A stretch of 51,210 nt of DNA from Polaromonas sp. (GCA_028291905.1 JAQGNK010000165.1:1-51210), one strand, 5' to 3'. Positions 1-14,704 are shown, counted from the first letter of the stretch. Notes: generated from the sequence alone by a model not told the origin. Numbers and translations: made by a program.

Positions 1-1436
1 CCCCGCCCTTCCCCCATTGGCCTGAAGGCGAACTCGACATCCTGATGGCCCGGCTCAACGATGAACTCCAAGGCCGCACGCCGCCGGGCGGTTTTGAGGT
101 GCGGGTCAAGCGCAAGAACGGCAACACCTTCGATGCCCGGATGTATGTCTCGCCACTGATTGATCCGCGTGGCCATCAGACCGGCTGGATGACCTCGATG
201 ACCGACATCACCGAGCCCAAGCGCATCCGCGAGGAACTCACCGCCTCCTACGAGCGTTTCACCACTGTGCTGGAGGGGCTCGATTCGGCGGTTTCCGTGG
301 CCCCGCTGGGCAGCGAGGAATTGCTGTTCGCCAACAAGCTCTACCGCTCCTGGTTCGGCGGCCAGGTGTCGGGCCATGTGAACCTGGTTTCCCAGGCGGG
401 TGTGCCGGTCATTCCGACTTCTGGCGATGCGCTGGACGCGGTGGACGGCATGGCGGGTTTTCCGACCGATTCACTGACCGATGCGCAGACGGCCAATGCC
501 GAAATCTTCGTGCCCGAACTCACAAAATGGCTGGAGGTGCGCTCGCGCTACCTGACCTGGGTCGATGGCCGGCTGGCGCAGATGGTGATTGCCACCGACA
601 TCACGCCGCGCCGCCATGCCGAAGAGCAGGCGGCGCAGCAAAACGAGCGCGCCCAGAATGCCAGCCGCCTCATCACCATGGGCGAGATGGCCTCCAGCGT
701 GGCCCATGAGCTGAACCAGCCGCTGACCGCCATCAACAACTATTGCAATGGCATGGTGTCGCGCATCAAGGCCGAACAGATCAGCAATGAAGACCTGCTG
801 GTGGCGCTGGAGAAAACCGCCAAGCAGGCCTGGCGCGCCGGACAGATCATTCAGCGCATCCGGGCATTCGTAAAACGCAGCGAGCCCAACCGCACGCCGG
901 CCGACGTGGCCGTCCTGGTGAGCAACGCGATGGAACTGGCCGATATCGAGCTCAGGCGCCATCATGTCCGGCTGAGCCACTACATCGCCGCCCGGCTCCC
1001 TGATGTCATGGTGGATCGGATACTGATCGAGCAGGTGCTGATTAACCTGATGAAGAATGCAGCCGAGTCGATTGCCCAGTCGCATCGGCCTACGGCGCAG
1101 CGCAATGTTGAGCTACGGGTGGTGCCCAAGCAGATCGATGCGCAAAGCGTGGTGGAATTTTCAGTCCTTGACTCGGGCCGGGGCCTGGCGCCCGAAGTTA
1201 TGGAGCGGCTGTTCGAGGCCTTCTATTCCACCAAGGCCGAGGGCATGGGCATTGGCCTGAAACTGTGCCGCAGCATTGTCGAGTCGCACCAGGGCAGGCT
1301 CGAAGCGATGAACATCTACAATGGCGACGAAGTGGTGGGGTGCCGGTTCACCTTCTGGATCCCGGTGATGCCCATCACTTCACGCTCATCTTCCGCACCT
1401 GACGCCATCGCTGCCGAAGACCCGGCGCCGCAGTGA
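1..1436 (+). CDS. PAS-domain sensor histidine kinase (FixL-like), 5' truncated by window edge
   Basis: Frame is open to the window start; PAC-like segment, H-box (MASSVAHELNQPL), N-box (QVLINLMKNAAE), G-boxes (DSGRG, GMGIGL). Confidence 0.9.
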   Translation, partial: PPFPHWPEGELDILMARLNDELQGRTPPGGFEVRVKRKNGNTFDARMYVSPLIDPRGHQTGWMTSMTDITEPKRIREELTASYERFTTVLEGLDSAVSVAPLGSEELLFANKLYRSWFGGQVSGHVNLVSQAGVPVIPTSGDALDAVDGMAGFPTDSLTDAQTANAEIFVPELTKWLEVRSRYLTWVDGRLAQMVIATDITPRRHAEEQAAQQNERAQNASRLITMGEMASSVAHELNQPLTAINNYCNGMVSRIKAEQISNEDLLVALEKTAKQAWRAGQIIQRIRAFVKRSEPNRTPADVAVLVSNAMELADIELRRHHVRLSHYIAARLPDVMVDRILIEQVLINLMKNAAESIAQSHRPTAQRNVELRVVPKQIDAQSVVEFSVLDSGRGLAPEVMERLFEAFYSTKAEGMGIGLKLCRSIVESHQGRLEAMNIYNGDEVVGCRFTFWIPVMPITSRSSSAPDAIAAEDPAPQ

Positions 1437-1479
1437 AAAACGCCACTCCTCATTAAAAAGCTGACGAAGAAAGTAACGC

Positions 1480-2106
1480 ATGAGTTTGATTCCCAAAAAA
1501 GGTACGGTTTATGTCGTTGATGATGACGAGGGTGTGCGCGACTCGCTGCAATGGTTGCTGGAAGGCAAGGACTACCGCGTCCGCTGTTTCGAGTCAGCTG
1601 AAACCTTCCTGAACCGCTACGATGCGCGCGAAGTGGCCTGCCTGATCGTCGATATCCGCATGGGCGGAATGACCGGGCTGGAACTGCAGGACCGCCTGCT
1701 GGAGCGCAAGTCGCCGCTGCCGATCGTCTTCATCACCGGTCACGGCGACGTGCCGATGGCGGTGGACACGATGAAAAAAGGCGCGATGGACTTCATCCAG
1801 AAGCCGTTCCAGGAAGAAGCGCTGGTCAATCTGGTCGAGCGCATGCTGGCCCAAGCCAAGGAAACCTTCAACGACCACCAGCAATCGGCCAGCCGCGACG
1901 CCTTGCTGGCCAAGCTGACCTCGCGCGAAGCGCAGGTGCTGGACCGCATCGTGGCCGGCCGGCTGAACAAGCAGATCGCCGACGACCTAGGCATCAGCAT
2001 CAAGACGGTCGAGGCGCACCGCGCCAACATCATGGAAAAGCTCAACGCGAATACCGTGGCCGACCTGCTCAAGATCGCCCTGGGCTCCAGCGCCCCCAAA
2101 GCCTGA
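1480..2106 (+). CDS. FixJ-family response regulator (REC + LuxR HTH)
   Basis: [22 protein letters not shown] receiver motifs; LTSREAQVL...[29 protein letters not shown]. Confidence 0.93.
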   Translation: MSLIPKKGTVYVVDDDEGVRDSLQWLLEGKDYRVRCFESAETFLNRYDAREVACLIVDIRMGGMTGLELQDRLLERKSPLPIVFITGHGDVPMAVDTMKKGAMDFIQKPFQEEALVNLVERMLAQAKETFNDHQQSASRDALLAKLTSREAQVLDRIVAGRLNKQIADDLGISIKTVEAHRANIMEKLNANTVADLLKIALGSSAPKA

Positions 2107-2121
2107 CGCCGCCTTTCGATT

Positions 2122-2185
2122 ACTTAACTTTTGATAGCAGCTTACGCCCGTGGCTCTTGCGCCAGCGGGCGTTTTTACTTGAAAA
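2122..2185 (+). repeat. 64-bp dispersed element, copy 1 (intergenic, ends 7 nt before folD ATG)
   Basis: acttaacttttgatagc-agctt-acgcc-cgtggctct-tgcgc-cagcgggc-gtttttacttgaaaa; left arm degenerate, spacing as in the other copies. Confidence 0.75.
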
Positions 2186-2192
2186 CCGATTC

Positions 2193-3038
2193 ATGACAGC
2201 ACAACTTATTGACGGCAACGCCCTCTCCCGGCAACTGCGCGCCGAAGTCGCCCAGCGCGCCAGCGCCCTGCGCGCACGCGGCATCACGCCCGGCCTGGCC
2301 GTGGTGCTGGTGGGCGACAACCCGGCCAGCCAGGTCTATGTCCGCAACAAGGTCAAGGCCTGCGAAGACAACGGCCTGCATTCCGTGCTGGAACGCTACC
2401 CGGCCGACCTGCTTGAAGCCGAACTGCTGGCGCGGGTTCAGGCGCTGAACAACGACCCGGCGATTCACGGCATCCTGGTGCAGCTTCCGCTGCCGGCGCA
2501 TATCGATGCGCAAAAAGTCATCGAGGCCATTTCGCCGGCCAAGGATGTGGATGGCTTCCATGTCGGCAGCGCCGGCGCGCTGATGGTCGGCCAGCCCGGC
2601 TTCTGGCCCTGCACGCCGTATGGCTGCATGAAAATGCTGGAGAGCATCGGCTACGACCTGCGCGGCAGGCATGCCGTGGTGATTGGCCGGAGCAACATCG
2701 TCGGCAAGCCGATGGCCCTGATGCTGCTGCAAAAAAACGCCACCGTGACCATCTGCCACAGCGCCACGCCCGACTTGAAAGCCATAACGCTGCAGGCCGA
2801 CGTGATCGTCGCCGCTGTCGGCAAGCGCAACATCTTGACAGCTGACATGGTCAAGCCCGGCGCAGTGGTGATTGACGTCGGCATGAACCGCAATGAAGAA
2901 GGCAAGCTCTGCGGCGATGTCGATTTCGAGGGCGTCCGGCAGGTCGCCGGCTACATCACGCCCGTGCCGGGCGGCGTCGGCCCGATGACCATCACCATGC
3001 TGCTGGTCAACACGCTGGAAGCGGCCGAGCGCTGCTGA
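2193..3038 (+). CDS. folD: Bifunctional methylenetetrahydrofolate dehydrogenase/cyclohydrolase
   Basis: MTAQLIDG start (ATG 2193), [42 protein letters not shown]. Confidence 0.97.
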   Translation: MTAQLIDGNALSRQLRAEVAQRASALRARGITPGLAVVLVGDNPASQVYVRNKVKACEDNGLHSVLERYPADLLEAELLARVQALNNDPAIHGILVQLPLPAHIDAQKVIEAISPAKDVDGFHVGSAGALMVGQPGFWPCTPYGCMKMLESIGYDLRGRHAVVIGRSNIVGKPMALMLLQKNATVTICHSATPDLKAITLQADVIVAAVGKRNILTADMVKPGAVVIDVGMNRNEEGKLCGDVDFEGVRQVAGYITPVPGGVGPMTITMLLVNTLEAAERC

Positions 3039-3083
3039 AGCGCCTTGCAAGAACCGGGGGTCGACTGCAGCGCTGGCTGACGC

Positions 3084-3527
3084 TCAGCGCCCTGACCGGG
3101 CCGTCAAGCGCCAGAGTGTGAAGCCTGCGCACAGCCACTGACCGAAGTACATGGCGCTGCCCAGTCCATGCCAGAGCCGAAGATTGCCGCCTTCGGCACG
3201 CGCACTAACGATGCGCGGCGCCACGCCAAACTCGACCAGCAGCGCCAGCAGCATGCCGGCCACTATGAATTTAATAGCTGCCTGCGCATGGTTTGCCTGC
3301 GCCAGAGCATCTTTTTGCCTGAAAACCATCAGCATCAGCAAGGCGCAGCCGGTGCTGAGCCAGGTCTGTGCGGAAAAGAGTTTCGCGGCCATGGCGCCCG
3401 CTGCCGCAGGACTGCCCAGGTGCATGAACAGCAGGGGCACGACCACAAAGCCCAAAGCCGTCAGGCTGCCCCACCAGAGCGCGGCAGCCAGAACACCTGC
3501 TTGCTGACGCACCGGCTGACGCATCAC
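3084..3527 (-). CDS. DUF4149-like small membrane protein
   Basis: Four hydrophobic segments, AGAMAAKLF and LWHGLGSAMY motifs; directly downstream of greA. Confidence 0.75.
   Translation of the reverse strand: MMRQPVRQQAGVLAAALWWGSLTALGFVVVPLLFMHLGSPAAAGAMAAKLFSAQTWLSTGCALLMLMVFRQKDALAQANHAQAAIKFIVAGMLLALLVEFGVAPRIVSARAEGGNLRLWHGLGSAMYFGQWLCAGFTLWRLTARSGR
3262..3325 (+). repeat. 64-bp dispersed element, copy 2 (inside DUF4149 CDS)
   Basis: actatgaatttaatagc-tgcct-gcgca-tggtttgcc-tgcgc-cagagcat-ctttttgcctgaaaa; encodes FRQKDALAQANHAQAAIKFIV on the minus strand. Confidence 0.92.
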
Positions 3528-3528
3528 A

Positions 3529-4005
3529 TCAGAGGTAGCTGACCGCGATGATCTCGTAGCGACGGATGCCGCCCGGCGCCACCACTTCGGCCGTGTCGCC
3601 TTCGTTCTTGCCGATCAGCGCGCGGGCTATCGGCGAGCCGATGTTCACCAGGCCGAGTTTGATGTCGGCCTCGTCCTCGCCAACGATCTGGTAAGTCACG
3701 CTGTCGCCGGTGTCCTCGTCCTCAAGTTTCACGGTCGAGCCGAACACGACCCGCGTGCCCGGCTCCATCACCGACGGGTCGATGATCTGGGCAGCAGAGA
3801 GCTTGCCCTCGATTTCCTGGATGCGGCCCTCAATGAAACCCTGGCGGTCCTTGGCGACTTCATATTCGGCGTTTTCGCTCAGGTCGCCCTGCGCCCTGGC
3901 CTCGGAAATGGCGTTGATGACCCAGGGACGGTCAACGGTTTTGAGATGATGCAATTCAGCCTTGAGCTTTTCCGCGCCGCGCTTGGTAATGGGAAGGGTT
4001 GCCAT
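3529..4005 (-). CDS. greA: Transcription elongation factor GreA
   Basis: MATLPIT start (ATG 4005), [24 protein letters not shown]; 158 aa. Confidence 0.97.
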   Translation of the reverse strand: MATLPITKRGAEKLKAELHHLKTVDRPWVINAISEARAQGDLSENAEYEVAKDRQGFIEGRIQEIEGKLSAAQIIDPSVMEPGTRVVFGSTVKLEDEDTGDSVTYQIVGEDEADIKLGLVNIGSPIARALIGKNEGDTAEVVAPGGIRRYEIIAVSYL

Positions 4006-4021
4006 GTTTTTGTCCTGCAAA

Positions 4022-4053
4022 ATGCGAAACCGCCACCAGTCACCTGGCGGCGG
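4022..4053 (-). terminator. GC-rich hairpin between carB and greA (carB terminator or greA leader attenuator)
   Basis: Minus strand CCGCCGCCAG-GTGA-CTGGTGGCGG followed by an interrupted U tract (TTTCGCATTTT). Confidence 0.55.
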
Positions 4054-4125
4054 CATATTGAATCGAATTGACGTTTTAGTTTAATGCAAATCGACCGATG
4101 TTTGGCCAGGCACTCAAGCGCAGGG

Positions 4126-7368
<3,243 letters not shown>

Positions 7369-7429
7369 AGGAGCGATCAGGAAATCAGGAAATCGGGGGC
7401 TGAAAAAGGCTTGGGCAAGCCTGTCTGCA

Positions 7430-7801
7430 TCAGCTTTGGACGTGGCGCTGGGTGTCCAGCTTGAGGCGAATCGCCTCCAGGCGCTCGGCGGGCATGTTTT
7501 TCTGCATCAGCTTGAGCAGGCCATCGCCGGTCACGAAGGGATACAAAACTTCTGCTTCGGCCGCATAGAACTTGGCATCCCAGGCCGTCATTTCTTCTGC
7601 GAACAAGGCGTCGTCCCAGTTTTTCCCCTTGCTCAGGAGAATCACCAGCGGCATGGCCTTTTTTTCGATGAAGGATTTCTTGTACGGCTTTTGCAGCCAG
7701 CGCTCGGCAAACCATTCACGGTGCTGCGGCGGCAGCGTCAGGATTCGTTTCTGGATGGCTTTTTCAAGCGTTGCCTGCGGGAAGCTGAATAAAGTTGCCA
7801 C
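7430..7801 (-). CDS. Hypothetical protein (123 aa) between carA and carB
   Basis: Fills the carA-carB gap on the same strand, starts 3 nt after the carA stop, protein-like composition; family not recognised. Confidence 0.75.
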   Translation of the reverse strand: MATLFSFPQATLEKAIQKRILTLPPQHREWFAERWLQKPYKKSFIEKKAMPLVILLSKGKNWDDALFAEEMTAWDAKFYAAEAEVLYPFVTGDGLLKLMQKNMPAERLEAIRLKLDTQRHVQS

Positions 7802-7804
7802 GTC

Positions 7805-9007
7805 TTACCTTTGCGTTGTGGATGCGGCCAGGGTGCTGCGCATCGATTCGATGAAGCGGTCGAACAGATAGGAAATATCGTGCGGGCCGGGCGAGGCCTC
7901 CGGGTGGCCCTGGAAGCAGAACGCCGGCTTGTCGGTGCGGGCCAGGCCCTGCAGCGTGCCGTCGAACAGGCTGATGTGGGTTGGCCGCAGGTTGGACGGC
8001 AGGGTTTTTTCATCGACCGCGAAACCGTGGTTCTGGCTGGTGATGCTGACGCGGCCGGTGTCGAGGTCTTTCACCGGATGATTGGCGCCGTGGTGGCCGA
8101 ATTTCATCTTGAAAGTTTTAGCGCCGCCGGCCAGCGCCATGATCTGGTGGCCCAGGCAGATGCCGAAGGTCGGAATGCCGGTCTCGATCAGTTCGCGCAC
8201 CGCTTCAATCGCATAGTCGCAGGCCTGCGGGTCGCCGGGGCCGTTGGCCAGGAAAATGCCGTCCGGCTGGAGCTTGAGCACATCCGCCGCAGAAGTCTGC
8301 GCCGGCACCACCGTGATGCGCGCGCCGCGCTCGGCCACCATGCGCAAAATGTTGCTTTTGACGCCGAAATCATAGGCCACCACATGGAATTTCGGCGTGA
8401 TCTGAACGCCGTAGCCCGGCTTGCCGTTGCTGTTGAGCAGATTCCATTCGGTCTGTGTCCATTCGTAGGTCTGCTTGGCGGACACGACCTTGGCCAGGTC
8501 CAGCCCGTCCATGCAGGGCGCGGCTCTTGCGCTGGCTATCGCCTTGTCGATGACGGACTGGCTGGCCGTTTCGCCGGCTCCAAGCGCCAGGATGCAGCCG
8601 TTTTGCGCGCCTTTCATGCGCAGGTGGCGCGTCAGCTGGCGGGTGTCGATGCCGGCGATGGCCACGACATTTTCACTGACCAGGTACTGCGCCAGCGTCA
8701 TCGTCATGCGGAAATTGGAGGCCAGCAGCGGCAGGTCCTTGATGATCAGGCCGGCGGCATGCACCTTGCTGGCTTCCACGTCTTCGGCATTGATGCCGTA
8801 ATTGCCGATGTGCGGGTAGGTCAGCGTGACGTTCTGCTGGCAGTAGCTCGGGTCGGTGAGGATTTCCTGGTAGCCGGTCATGGCGGTGTTGAACACCACC
8901 TCGCCGACCGTGGAGCCGGCAGCTCCAATCGAGTTGCCAATGAAGACCGTGCCGTCCGCGAGCGCCAGGATGGCGGGGGGGGTATTTCCCTTTAGAGACA
9001 AAAGCAC
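7805..9007 (-). CDS. carA: Carbamoyl-phosphate synthase small subunit
   Basis: [47 protein letters not shown]; GTG at 9007 follows GGAG. Confidence 0.97.
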   Translation of the reverse strand: MLLSLKGNTPPAILALADGTVFIGNSIGAAGSTVGEVVFNTAMTGYQEILTDPSYCQQNVTLTYPHIGNYGINAEDVEASKVHAAGLIIKDLPLLASNFRMTMTLAQYLVSENVVAIAGIDTRQLTRHLRMKGAQNGCILALGAGETASQSVIDKAIASARAAPCMDGLDLAKVVSAKQTYEWTQTEWNLLNSNGKPGYGVQITPKFHVVAYDFGVKSNILRMVAERGARITVVPAQTSAADVLKLQPDGIFLANGPGDPQACDYAIEAVRELIETGIPTFGICLGHQIMALAGGAKTFKMKFGHHGANHPVKDLDTGRVSITSQNHGFAVDEKTLPSNLRPTHISLFDGTLQGLARTDKPAFCFQGHPEASPGPHDISYLFDRFIESMRSTLAASTTQR

Positions 9008-9138
9008 TGGGTTCTCCGGTTGTTTACGGTTCGCCCAAGCATGCGTGGGAAACGTCTGGTGACGCTCGCAGGCTGCTTTTGTGAGGGGGTTTGGCTTACG
9101 GAGGCGCTTGGGCGAAGCTGTGATTTGAAAAGCCACTG

Positions 9139-9144
9139 ATTATA
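9139..9144 (-). promoter_or_regulatory. Candidate sigma70 -10 box for carA
   Basis: Perfect TATAAT on the minus strand about 130 nt upstream of the carA start. Confidence 0.5.
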
Positions 9145-9221
9145 GCTTGGCGATCCCGGGTTACCTAGATGGTTGTCACCAGGTGCAACCAGCTGCCTTA
9201 CGCATAGTGGCGCCTTGCCGT

Positions 9222-10007
9222 TTACTGCCGGACCGATGCACTGGCATACAGGCAGATGGCCGCCGCCGCTGCCACATTGAGCGATTCCTCGCCGCCCGGC
9301 TGGTCGATGCGAACCTTCAAACTGGCACGCGCCATCAAGCCCTCGCCGACGCCCTGCCCTTCATGGCCCATGGCCCAGGCGCAGGGCATGGGAATCGTTT
9401 GCTGGTGCAAAAAGCTGCCGTGGTGCGAACTGGTGACGACAATCGGCACCGTCAGATTCGCCAGTCCCTCGGGCTCGACGCCTTCAATCAGGCGCAGTGC
9501 GAAGTGGGCGCCCATGCCGGCCCGCAGCACCTTGGGCGACCAGAGCGCAGCCGTGCCTTTCAACGCAATGATCTGGCCAAAACCGAACGCGGCCGCGCTG
9601 CGCAGGATGGAGCCGACGTTGCCAGCATCCTGCACCCGGTCCAGGATGACCGACGCCGCAGCGGGCAGGAGTTCAGGCGGCGCGGGCATTTCCAGCACGA
9701 AACCCATGGGCGCCGGCGATTCCAGGCCGCTGATCTCGGGCAGCAGCGCATCTGAGATCACTATGTTTTTAATAGCTGCCTGCGCATATTGGGCCTGCGC
9801 CAGAGGCCAAAAAGACTCTGAAAACACGGCCAGGGCAGGCTTCAGGCCGCGCGCCAGCGCTGCGCGGCACAAGTGGTCGCCCTCCAGCCAGACACGTCCC
9901 TGTTTGCGGTAAGCGGTGCTGTCCTGCGACAGCCGGCGCAAGTCCTTGACCAGCGCATTGTCGCGGGAGGAGACATGGCTGACGGGAACCGAAAAGCCGC
10001 CGCTCAC
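9222..10007 (-). CDS. TrmH/SpoU-family RNA methyltransferase
   Basis: [47 protein letters not shown]; GTG overlaps the rnhB stop (GTGA). Confidence 0.92.
   Translation of the reverse strand: MSGGFSVPVSHVSSRDNALVKDLRRLSQDSTAYRKQGRVWLEGDHLCRAALARGLKPALAVFSESFWPLAQAQYAQAAIKNIVISDALLPEISGLESPAPMGFVLEMPAPPELLPAAASVILDRVQDAGNVGSILRSAAAFGFGQIIALKGTAALWSPKVLRAGMGAHFALRLIEGVEPEGLANLTVPIVVTSSHHGSFLHQQTIPMPCAWAMGHEGQGVGEGLMARASLKVRIDQPGGEESLNVAAAAAICLYASASVRQ
9760..9824 (+). repeat. 65-bp dispersed element, copy 3 (inside TrmH CDS)
   Basis: actatgtttttaatagc-tgcct-gcgca-tattgggcc-tgcgc-cagaggcc-aaaaagactctgaaaa; encodes [22 protein letters not shown]. Confidence 0.92.
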
Positions 10008-10621
10008 CGCAGCACCCCGGCGACCGGCGCGAACGAGCGCCGGTGCTGCGGGCAGGCGCCGTGCAGGCGCAAGGCGGCCAAGTGTTCGGCCGTGCCATAG
10101 CCTTTGTGGCCGGCAAAGCCATACTGCGGATACTGCAGGTGATAGTCGCCGCACCAGCGGTCGCGGTACACCTTGGCCAGGATGGATGCCGCCGAGATCG
10201 CAGGCACCAGCGCATCGCCCTTGACTATCGCCTCGGCCACCATCGCCAGCTTGGGCAGCCGGTTGCCATCGACCAGCACCTTGCCGGGCTTGAGCCGCAA
10301 GCCTTCGACGGCGCGCTTCATCGCCAGCATCGTGGCCTGCAGAATGTTGAGGCTGTCGATTTCCTCCGCCGTTGCCAGCGCTATCGAGCAGCACAGTGCT
10401 TTGGCCTGGATCTCGTCATAGAGTTTTTCACGCCGCAAGGCGGTCAGCTTCTTGGAGTCAGCCAGGCCCTTGATGGGATTGAATTCATCGAGGATGACGG
10501 CCGCTGCCACCACCGGCCCGGCCAGGGGCCCCCGGCCAGCCTCGTCAACGCCAGCCATCAGTCCGGACGTGTGCCAGGAAAAAACGGTCTGCTCAGGTTT
10601 CAAGGATTTTCTGGATTGCAT
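10004..10621 (-). CDS. rnhB: Ribonuclease HII
   Basis: [36 protein letters not shown]; start uncertain. Confidence 0.96.
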   Translation of the reverse strand: MQSRKSLKPEQTVFSWHTSGLMAGVDEAGRGPLAGPVVAAAVILDEFNPIKGLADSKKLTALRREKLYDEIQAKALCCSIALATAEEIDSLNILQATMLAMKRAVEGLRLKPGKVLVDGNRLPKLAMVAEAIVKGDALVPAISAASILAKVYRDRWCGDYHLQYPQYGFAGHKGYGTAEHLAALRLHGACPQHRRSFAPVAGVLR

Positions 10622-11810
10622 CGGTCGCCAGTCGGGAAGTGTCGCGCCGCAGTTCTTCATGCAGCTGGGTGAATCGTTGTTCAATCGCCGTTATTTTGCC
10701 CGGCGCGGCAGATTTTGCATCGACCCATTTCAGCAATTCCTCGGCCAGCGCCTGGGGCGTGGCCGCCTCCTGCAGCAGTTCGGGCACGACAAAATCGCGG
10801 CACAGAATATTGGGCAAACCGACCCAGGGCTGCAGCTGCCTGCGCCGCATCAGCTGCCACGACAGCCAGCTCATGTTGTAGGCGATCACCATCGGCCGCT
10901 TGAACAAGGCGGCTTCGAGCGTCGCGGTGCCGCTGGCGATCAGGGTGACATCGCAGGCGGCCAGCACCGTATGCGACTGGCCGGCGACGATCTGCACATC
11001 GTCCCGGACGCCGGCGGCATCCGCCAGCTGCTCGACCAGGTTTTTCAGTGAAGGGACGGCCGGCACTATGAATTTAATAGCTGACTTCGCATGCTTGACA
11101 AGCGCTGCAGCCTGAAAGAAGCGTAATGCCAGATGGTGGATTTCAGACTGGCGGCTGCCCGGCAGGATGGCCACCACCGTGTCTTCTTCACGCAAGCCCA
11201 GCGCGCTTCTGGCCGCCAGTCGGTCCGGCTGCATCGGAATGACACTGGCCAGCGGATGGCCCACATAGGTCGCGGCGATGCCATGCGAGGCCAGCAAGGC
11301 GGGCTCGAACGGAAAAATGCACAGCACATGGTCAACGCTTCGCCTGATTTTTTCGACCCGGTCCGCGCGCCAGGCCCAGATCGAGGGGCACACAAACTGC
11401 ACGGTCTTGATGCCTTGGGCCTTCAGGGCTGCTTCAAGTCCCAGGTTGAAATCGGGCGCATCGATGCCGATAAACATGTCGGGACGCTCGCGCAGCAGTC
11501 GCTCGCGCAATTTCTTGCGAATGCCCAGCAGTTCGCTCAGCCGCCGCAGCACTTCGATGCTGTAGCCGTGCACCGCCAGCTTGTCACTCGGCCAGTCGGC
11601 CTGGAAGCCGCGCTGGACCATGCGCGGACCGCCGATGCCGCTGGCCTGCAGGCCGGGCCAGCGGACGTGCAGACCGTCGAGGAGCAGGCCTGCCAGCAGA
11701 TCGCCGGAAGTTTCTCCGGCGACCATCGCAATGCGGGACGGGTTGATGCTTGAATGAACCGCAGTCCCCGCCGCTTTCCGTGGGGGCAGAGGCTGTGGCG
11801 AGGCCGACAT
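10593..11810 (-). CDS. lpxB: Lipid-A-disaccharide synthase
   Basis: [42 protein letters not shown]. Confidence 0.97.
   Translation of the reverse strand: MSASPQPLPPRKAAGTAVHSSINPSRIAMVAGETSGDLLAGLLLDGLHVRWPGLQASGIGGPRMVQRGFQADWPSDKLAVHGYSIEVLRRLSELLGIRKKLRERLLRERPDMFIGIDAPDFNLGLEAALKAQGIKTVQFVCPSIWAWRADRVEKIRRSVDHVLCIFPFEPALLASHGIAATYVGHPLASVIPMQPDRLAARSALGLREEDTVVAILPGSRQSEIHHLALRFFQAAALVKHAKSAIKFIVPAVPSLKNLVEQLADAAGVRDDVQIVAGQSHTVLAACDVTLIASGTATLEAALFKRPMVIAYNMSWLSWQLMRRRQLQPWVGLPNILCRDFVVPELLQEAATPQALAEELLKWVDAKSAAPGKITAIEQRFTQLHEELRRDTSRLATDAIQKILET
11065..11128 (+). repeat. 64-bp dispersed element, copy 4 (inside lpxB)
   Basis: actatgaatttaatagc-tgact-tcgca-tgcttgaca-agcgc-tgcagcct-gaaagaagcgtaatg; shares the exact 20-mer cactatgaatttaatagctg with copy 2; encodes [21 protein letters not shown]. 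Confidence 0.88.
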
Positions 11811-11822
11811 CAGTGTTCTTCT

Positions 11823-12635
11823 CTAGCGAACAATGCCGCGCTGGGGCGAGGCCTGCTCCAGAAAAGAGAGCATCATTTGCACATCCGGTGCAGACTGAGG
11901 GTACTTTTCAGTCAATTCAGCAATTCGCAGCTTGGCTTCATCCAGCGTCAGGCCATCACGGTACAGCGCCTTGTGCATGGCCTTGACGGCCGCGATGCGT
12001 TCGGGCGAAAAGCCCCGGCGGCGCAAGCCCTCGAAATTCATCGACCGGGCGACCGCTGGCTGGCCCTGGCACATCACGAAGGGCGGCAAGTCAGCCACCA
12101 GCACGGACGAGATGGCGGTGAAGCTGTGCGCGCCCAGCTTGACGAACTGGTGCACGCCGGTAAAGCCGCCCAGGATCACCCAGTCGCCTATCTGCACATG
12201 GCCGCCTAGCGTGGTGTTGTTGGCAAAAATCGTATGGTTGCCGACGATGCAGTCATGCGCCACATGCACGTAAGCCATGATCCAGTTGTCGTTGCCCATG
12301 CGGGTCACGCCCTGGTCGCCGGGCGAGCCGATGTTGAAGCTGCAGAACTCGCGGATGGTGTTGCGGTCGCCAATCACCAGTTCACAAGGCTCACCAGCGT
12401 ATTTTTTATCCTGTGGAACAGCGCCCAGAGAATTGAACTGGAAAATCCGGTTGTCACGGCCAATGGTAGTGTGGCCCTCGATGACGCAATGGGCGCCAAT
12501 AGTGGTGCCGGCACCGATCCTGACATGCGGGCCGATGACGGTGTAAGGCCCGACAGTGACCGAGGTGTCAAGCTGCGCCGCAGCATCGACAAGGGCAGTG
12601 GCATGAACGCCGGCGGGAGGTACTGGCAATGTCAT
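11823..12635 (-). CDS. lpxA: UDP-N-acetylglucosamine O-acyltransferase
   Basis: Hexapeptide repeats, PQDKKY, NTIREF, HVAHDC, VHQF, GLRRRGF. Confidence 0.97.
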   Translation of the reverse strand: MTLPVPPAGVHATALVDAAAQLDTSVTVGPYTVIGPHVRIGAGTTIGAHCVIEGHTTIGRDNRIFQFNSLGAVPQDKKYAGEPCELVIGDRNTIREFCSFNIGSPGDQGVTRMGNDNWIMAYVHVAHDCIVGNHTIFANNTTLGGHVQIGDWVILGGFTGVHQFVKLGAHSFTAISSVLVADLPPFVMCQGQPAVARSMNFEGLRRRGFSPERIAAVKAMHKALYRDGLTLDEAKLRIAELTEKYPQSAPDVQMMLSFLEQASPQRGIVR

Positions 12636-12645
12636 CGCCGTCGGC

Positions 12646-13086
12646 TCAGGCCACGGTGCGCATGGTGCACATCAGCTCGGCCTCGCAGGCAAGGTTGCCA
12701 TCGACGCGGGTCACGCCCTTGAATTTAAAGATGCCGGCTTTCATGCGAATCAGCTCCACCTCCATGATCATCTGGTCGCCAGGCCCCACCGGGCGCTTGA
12801 ATCGCGCCCCATCAATGCCGGCGAAGTAGTATACGGTCTTGTCATCGGGCGTCACGCCCAGCGTTGAAAACGACAGCAAGGCAGCAGCTTGCGCCATGGC
12901 TTCGAGCATCAGCACGCCCGGCATGACAGGATGCTTGGGGAAATGGCCCATGAAAAACGGCTCGTTGATGGTGACGTTTTTCAGCGCCTTGATGCGTTTT
13001 CCGGTTTCGATTTCAAGCACCCGGTCCACTAGCAGAATCGGGTAGCGATGGGGTAACAAGGTGAGAATCTGGTGAATGTCCATCAT
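12646..13086 (-). CDS. fabZ: 3-hydroxyacyl-ACP dehydratase
   Basis: [33 protein letters not shown]. Confidence 0.98.
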   Translation of the reverse strand: MMDIHQILTLLPHRYPILLVDRVLEIETGKRIKALKNVTINEPFFMGHFPKHPVMPGVLMLEAMAQAAALLSFSTLGVTPDDKTVYYFAGIDGARFKRPVGPGDQMIMEVELIRMKAGIFKFKGVTRVDGNLACEAELMCTMRTVA

Positions 13087-14150
13087 GGTTTTTCTTCTAG
13101 GCGCCCCTGCAGCTGAAGCAGGGATTTTTCAGTTTGCTTGAGCCTCTCGCGCAAGGCGCTGAGCTGCTTGAGCGTAGCGGCATTTTTTTCCCAGGCGGCA
13201 TTGTCGTCGATGGGAAAGAGGCCGGTGTAGTGGCCGGGCTTCAAGATCGACCGAGTGACGGTGGACGCCGCCGACACATTCACGCCATCGGCCAGGCGCA
13301 GATGGCCCAACACAATCGCGCCACCGCCGACGGTGCAATGCGCGCCAATTGTCGCGCTGCCGGCCACGCCGGCGCAACCCGCCATGGCGGTGTGCTTGCC
13401 GATGCGTACGTTGTGACCTATCTGCACGAGGTTATCAAGCTTGACGCCGTCCTCAAGCACAGTGTCCTGCAGCGCGCCCCGGTCAATGCAGGTGTTGGCG
13501 CCGATTTCCACATCATTGCCGATGCGGACCGCGCCAAGTTGCTCGATCTTGACCCACTGGCCATCATGCGGCGCGAAGCCAAAACCATCGGCACCGATCA
13601 CGGCTCCCGGATGAATGATGCAGCGCTCGCCAATGCGGCAGGCATGCGCCACGGTCACCCGTGCCGAAAGCCGGGTATCGGCACCAATGACTGCATTGGC
13701 GCCGATGACGCAATGCTCCGCGATGCGGGCACCCTCTCCGATGATCGCGCCGGGTCCAATGCAAGCGAATGCTCCAACCGATACATTCGGTCCCAGCACC
13801 GCCTGGGGATCGATTGATGCGCTGGGATGGACCTGCGCCGCAGGCAGTGGAAAGTGGGTTTGCTTCCAGAGCTGGGTGATCAGCGCAAAGTAGTGGTAGG
13901 GATCAGCCACAACGATGCACGCGCCTCGCTGCATGGCGGCCTCGCGGGCAGAAGGCGCCACCACCACGCAGCCTGCGGCGGACTGCGAAAGCTGACCAAG
14001 ATACCTGGGGTGGCTCAGGAATGCCAGATCAAGCGGACCCGAGGCCTCCAGCGTGGAAAGGCGCTCTATTTGGAAATTCGGGTCGCCCACCAGTTCGGCT
14101 TGCGCCTTGCCGGCCAATGACTCGATGATGTCGGCCAGGCGCAGCGTCAT
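13083..14150 (-). CDS. lpxD: UDP-3-O-acylglucosamine N-acyltransferase
   Basis: [32 protein letters not shown]. Confidence 0.97.
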   Translation of the reverse strand: MTLRLADIIESLAGKAQAELVGDPNFQIERLSTLEASGPLDLAFLSHPRYLGQLSQSAAGCVVVAPSAREAAMQRGACIVVADPYHYFALITQLWKQTHFPLPAAQVHPSASIDPQAVLGPNVSVGAFACIGPGAIIGEGARIAEHCVIGANAVIGADTRLSARVTVAHACRIGERCIIHPGAVIGADGFGFAPHDGQWVKIEQLGAVRIGNDVEIGANTCIDRGALQDTVLEDGVKLDNLVQIGHNVRIGKHTAMAGCAGVAGSATIGAHCTVGGGAIVLGHLRLADGVNVSAASTVTRSILKPGHYTGLFPIDDNAAWEKNAATLKQLSALRERLKQTEKSLLQLQGRLEEKP

Positions 14151-14197
14151 GCAGTACCTGCCATTTCCTCGCTCATGCGCATACCCCGCAGCCGCAA

Positions 14198-14704
14198 TCA
14201 GCGGGCGGCGTTCAGGGCTTTAATCACCTTGTCGGTGATGTCATGCTTGGGATTCACGTAAACGGATTCCTGCAGGATCAGGTCGTATTTTTCTGTTTCC
14301 GCCAGGGACTTGACCACCTTGTTGGCGCGCTCGATGACCTGCTGCAATTCTTCGTTCTTGCGGGCGCTCAGGTCTTCCTGAAATTCACGGCGCTTGGTCT
14401 GGAAAGTACGGTCCTGGTCAACCAGCTGCCGCTGACGTGAGGTGCGCTGGGTTTCGGCCAGCGTCGGGGCTTCACGCTCGAATTTTTCAGACTGGGTTTT
14501 TAGCTGCGCGGCCATGTCGGTCAACTCTTTTTCACGCTTGCTGAATTCTTGCTCAAGTTTGGTCTGGGCTGCCTTGGCTGAGTTGGCTTCGCGAAAAATC
14601 CGGTCCAGATTCACGACGCCGACCTTGAATTCCTGGGCGCTGGCGGAAAAACCCGCCACCGAAATCAGCAGGCCAACAAGAAGTTTGCTTGAAAGTTTTT
14701 TCAT
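14198..14704 (-). CDS. skp: OmpH/Skp periplasmic chaperone
   Basis: Signal peptide, KVGVVN, long coiled coil, YDLIL...[10 protein letters not shown]; between bamA and lpxD. Confidence 0.93.
   Translation of the reverse strand: MKKLSSKLLVGLLISVAGFSASAQEFKVGVVNLDRIFREANSAKAAQTKLEQEFSKREKELTDMAAQLKTQSEKFEREAPTLAETQRTSRQRQLVDQDRTFQTKRREFQEDLSARKNEELQQVIERANKVVKSLAETEKYDLILQESVYVNPKHDITDKVIKALNAAR

Noticed and set aside
7376-7395. Short tandem ATCAGGAA x2 upstream of carB
   Set aside because: Only two units; compatible with chance or slippage.
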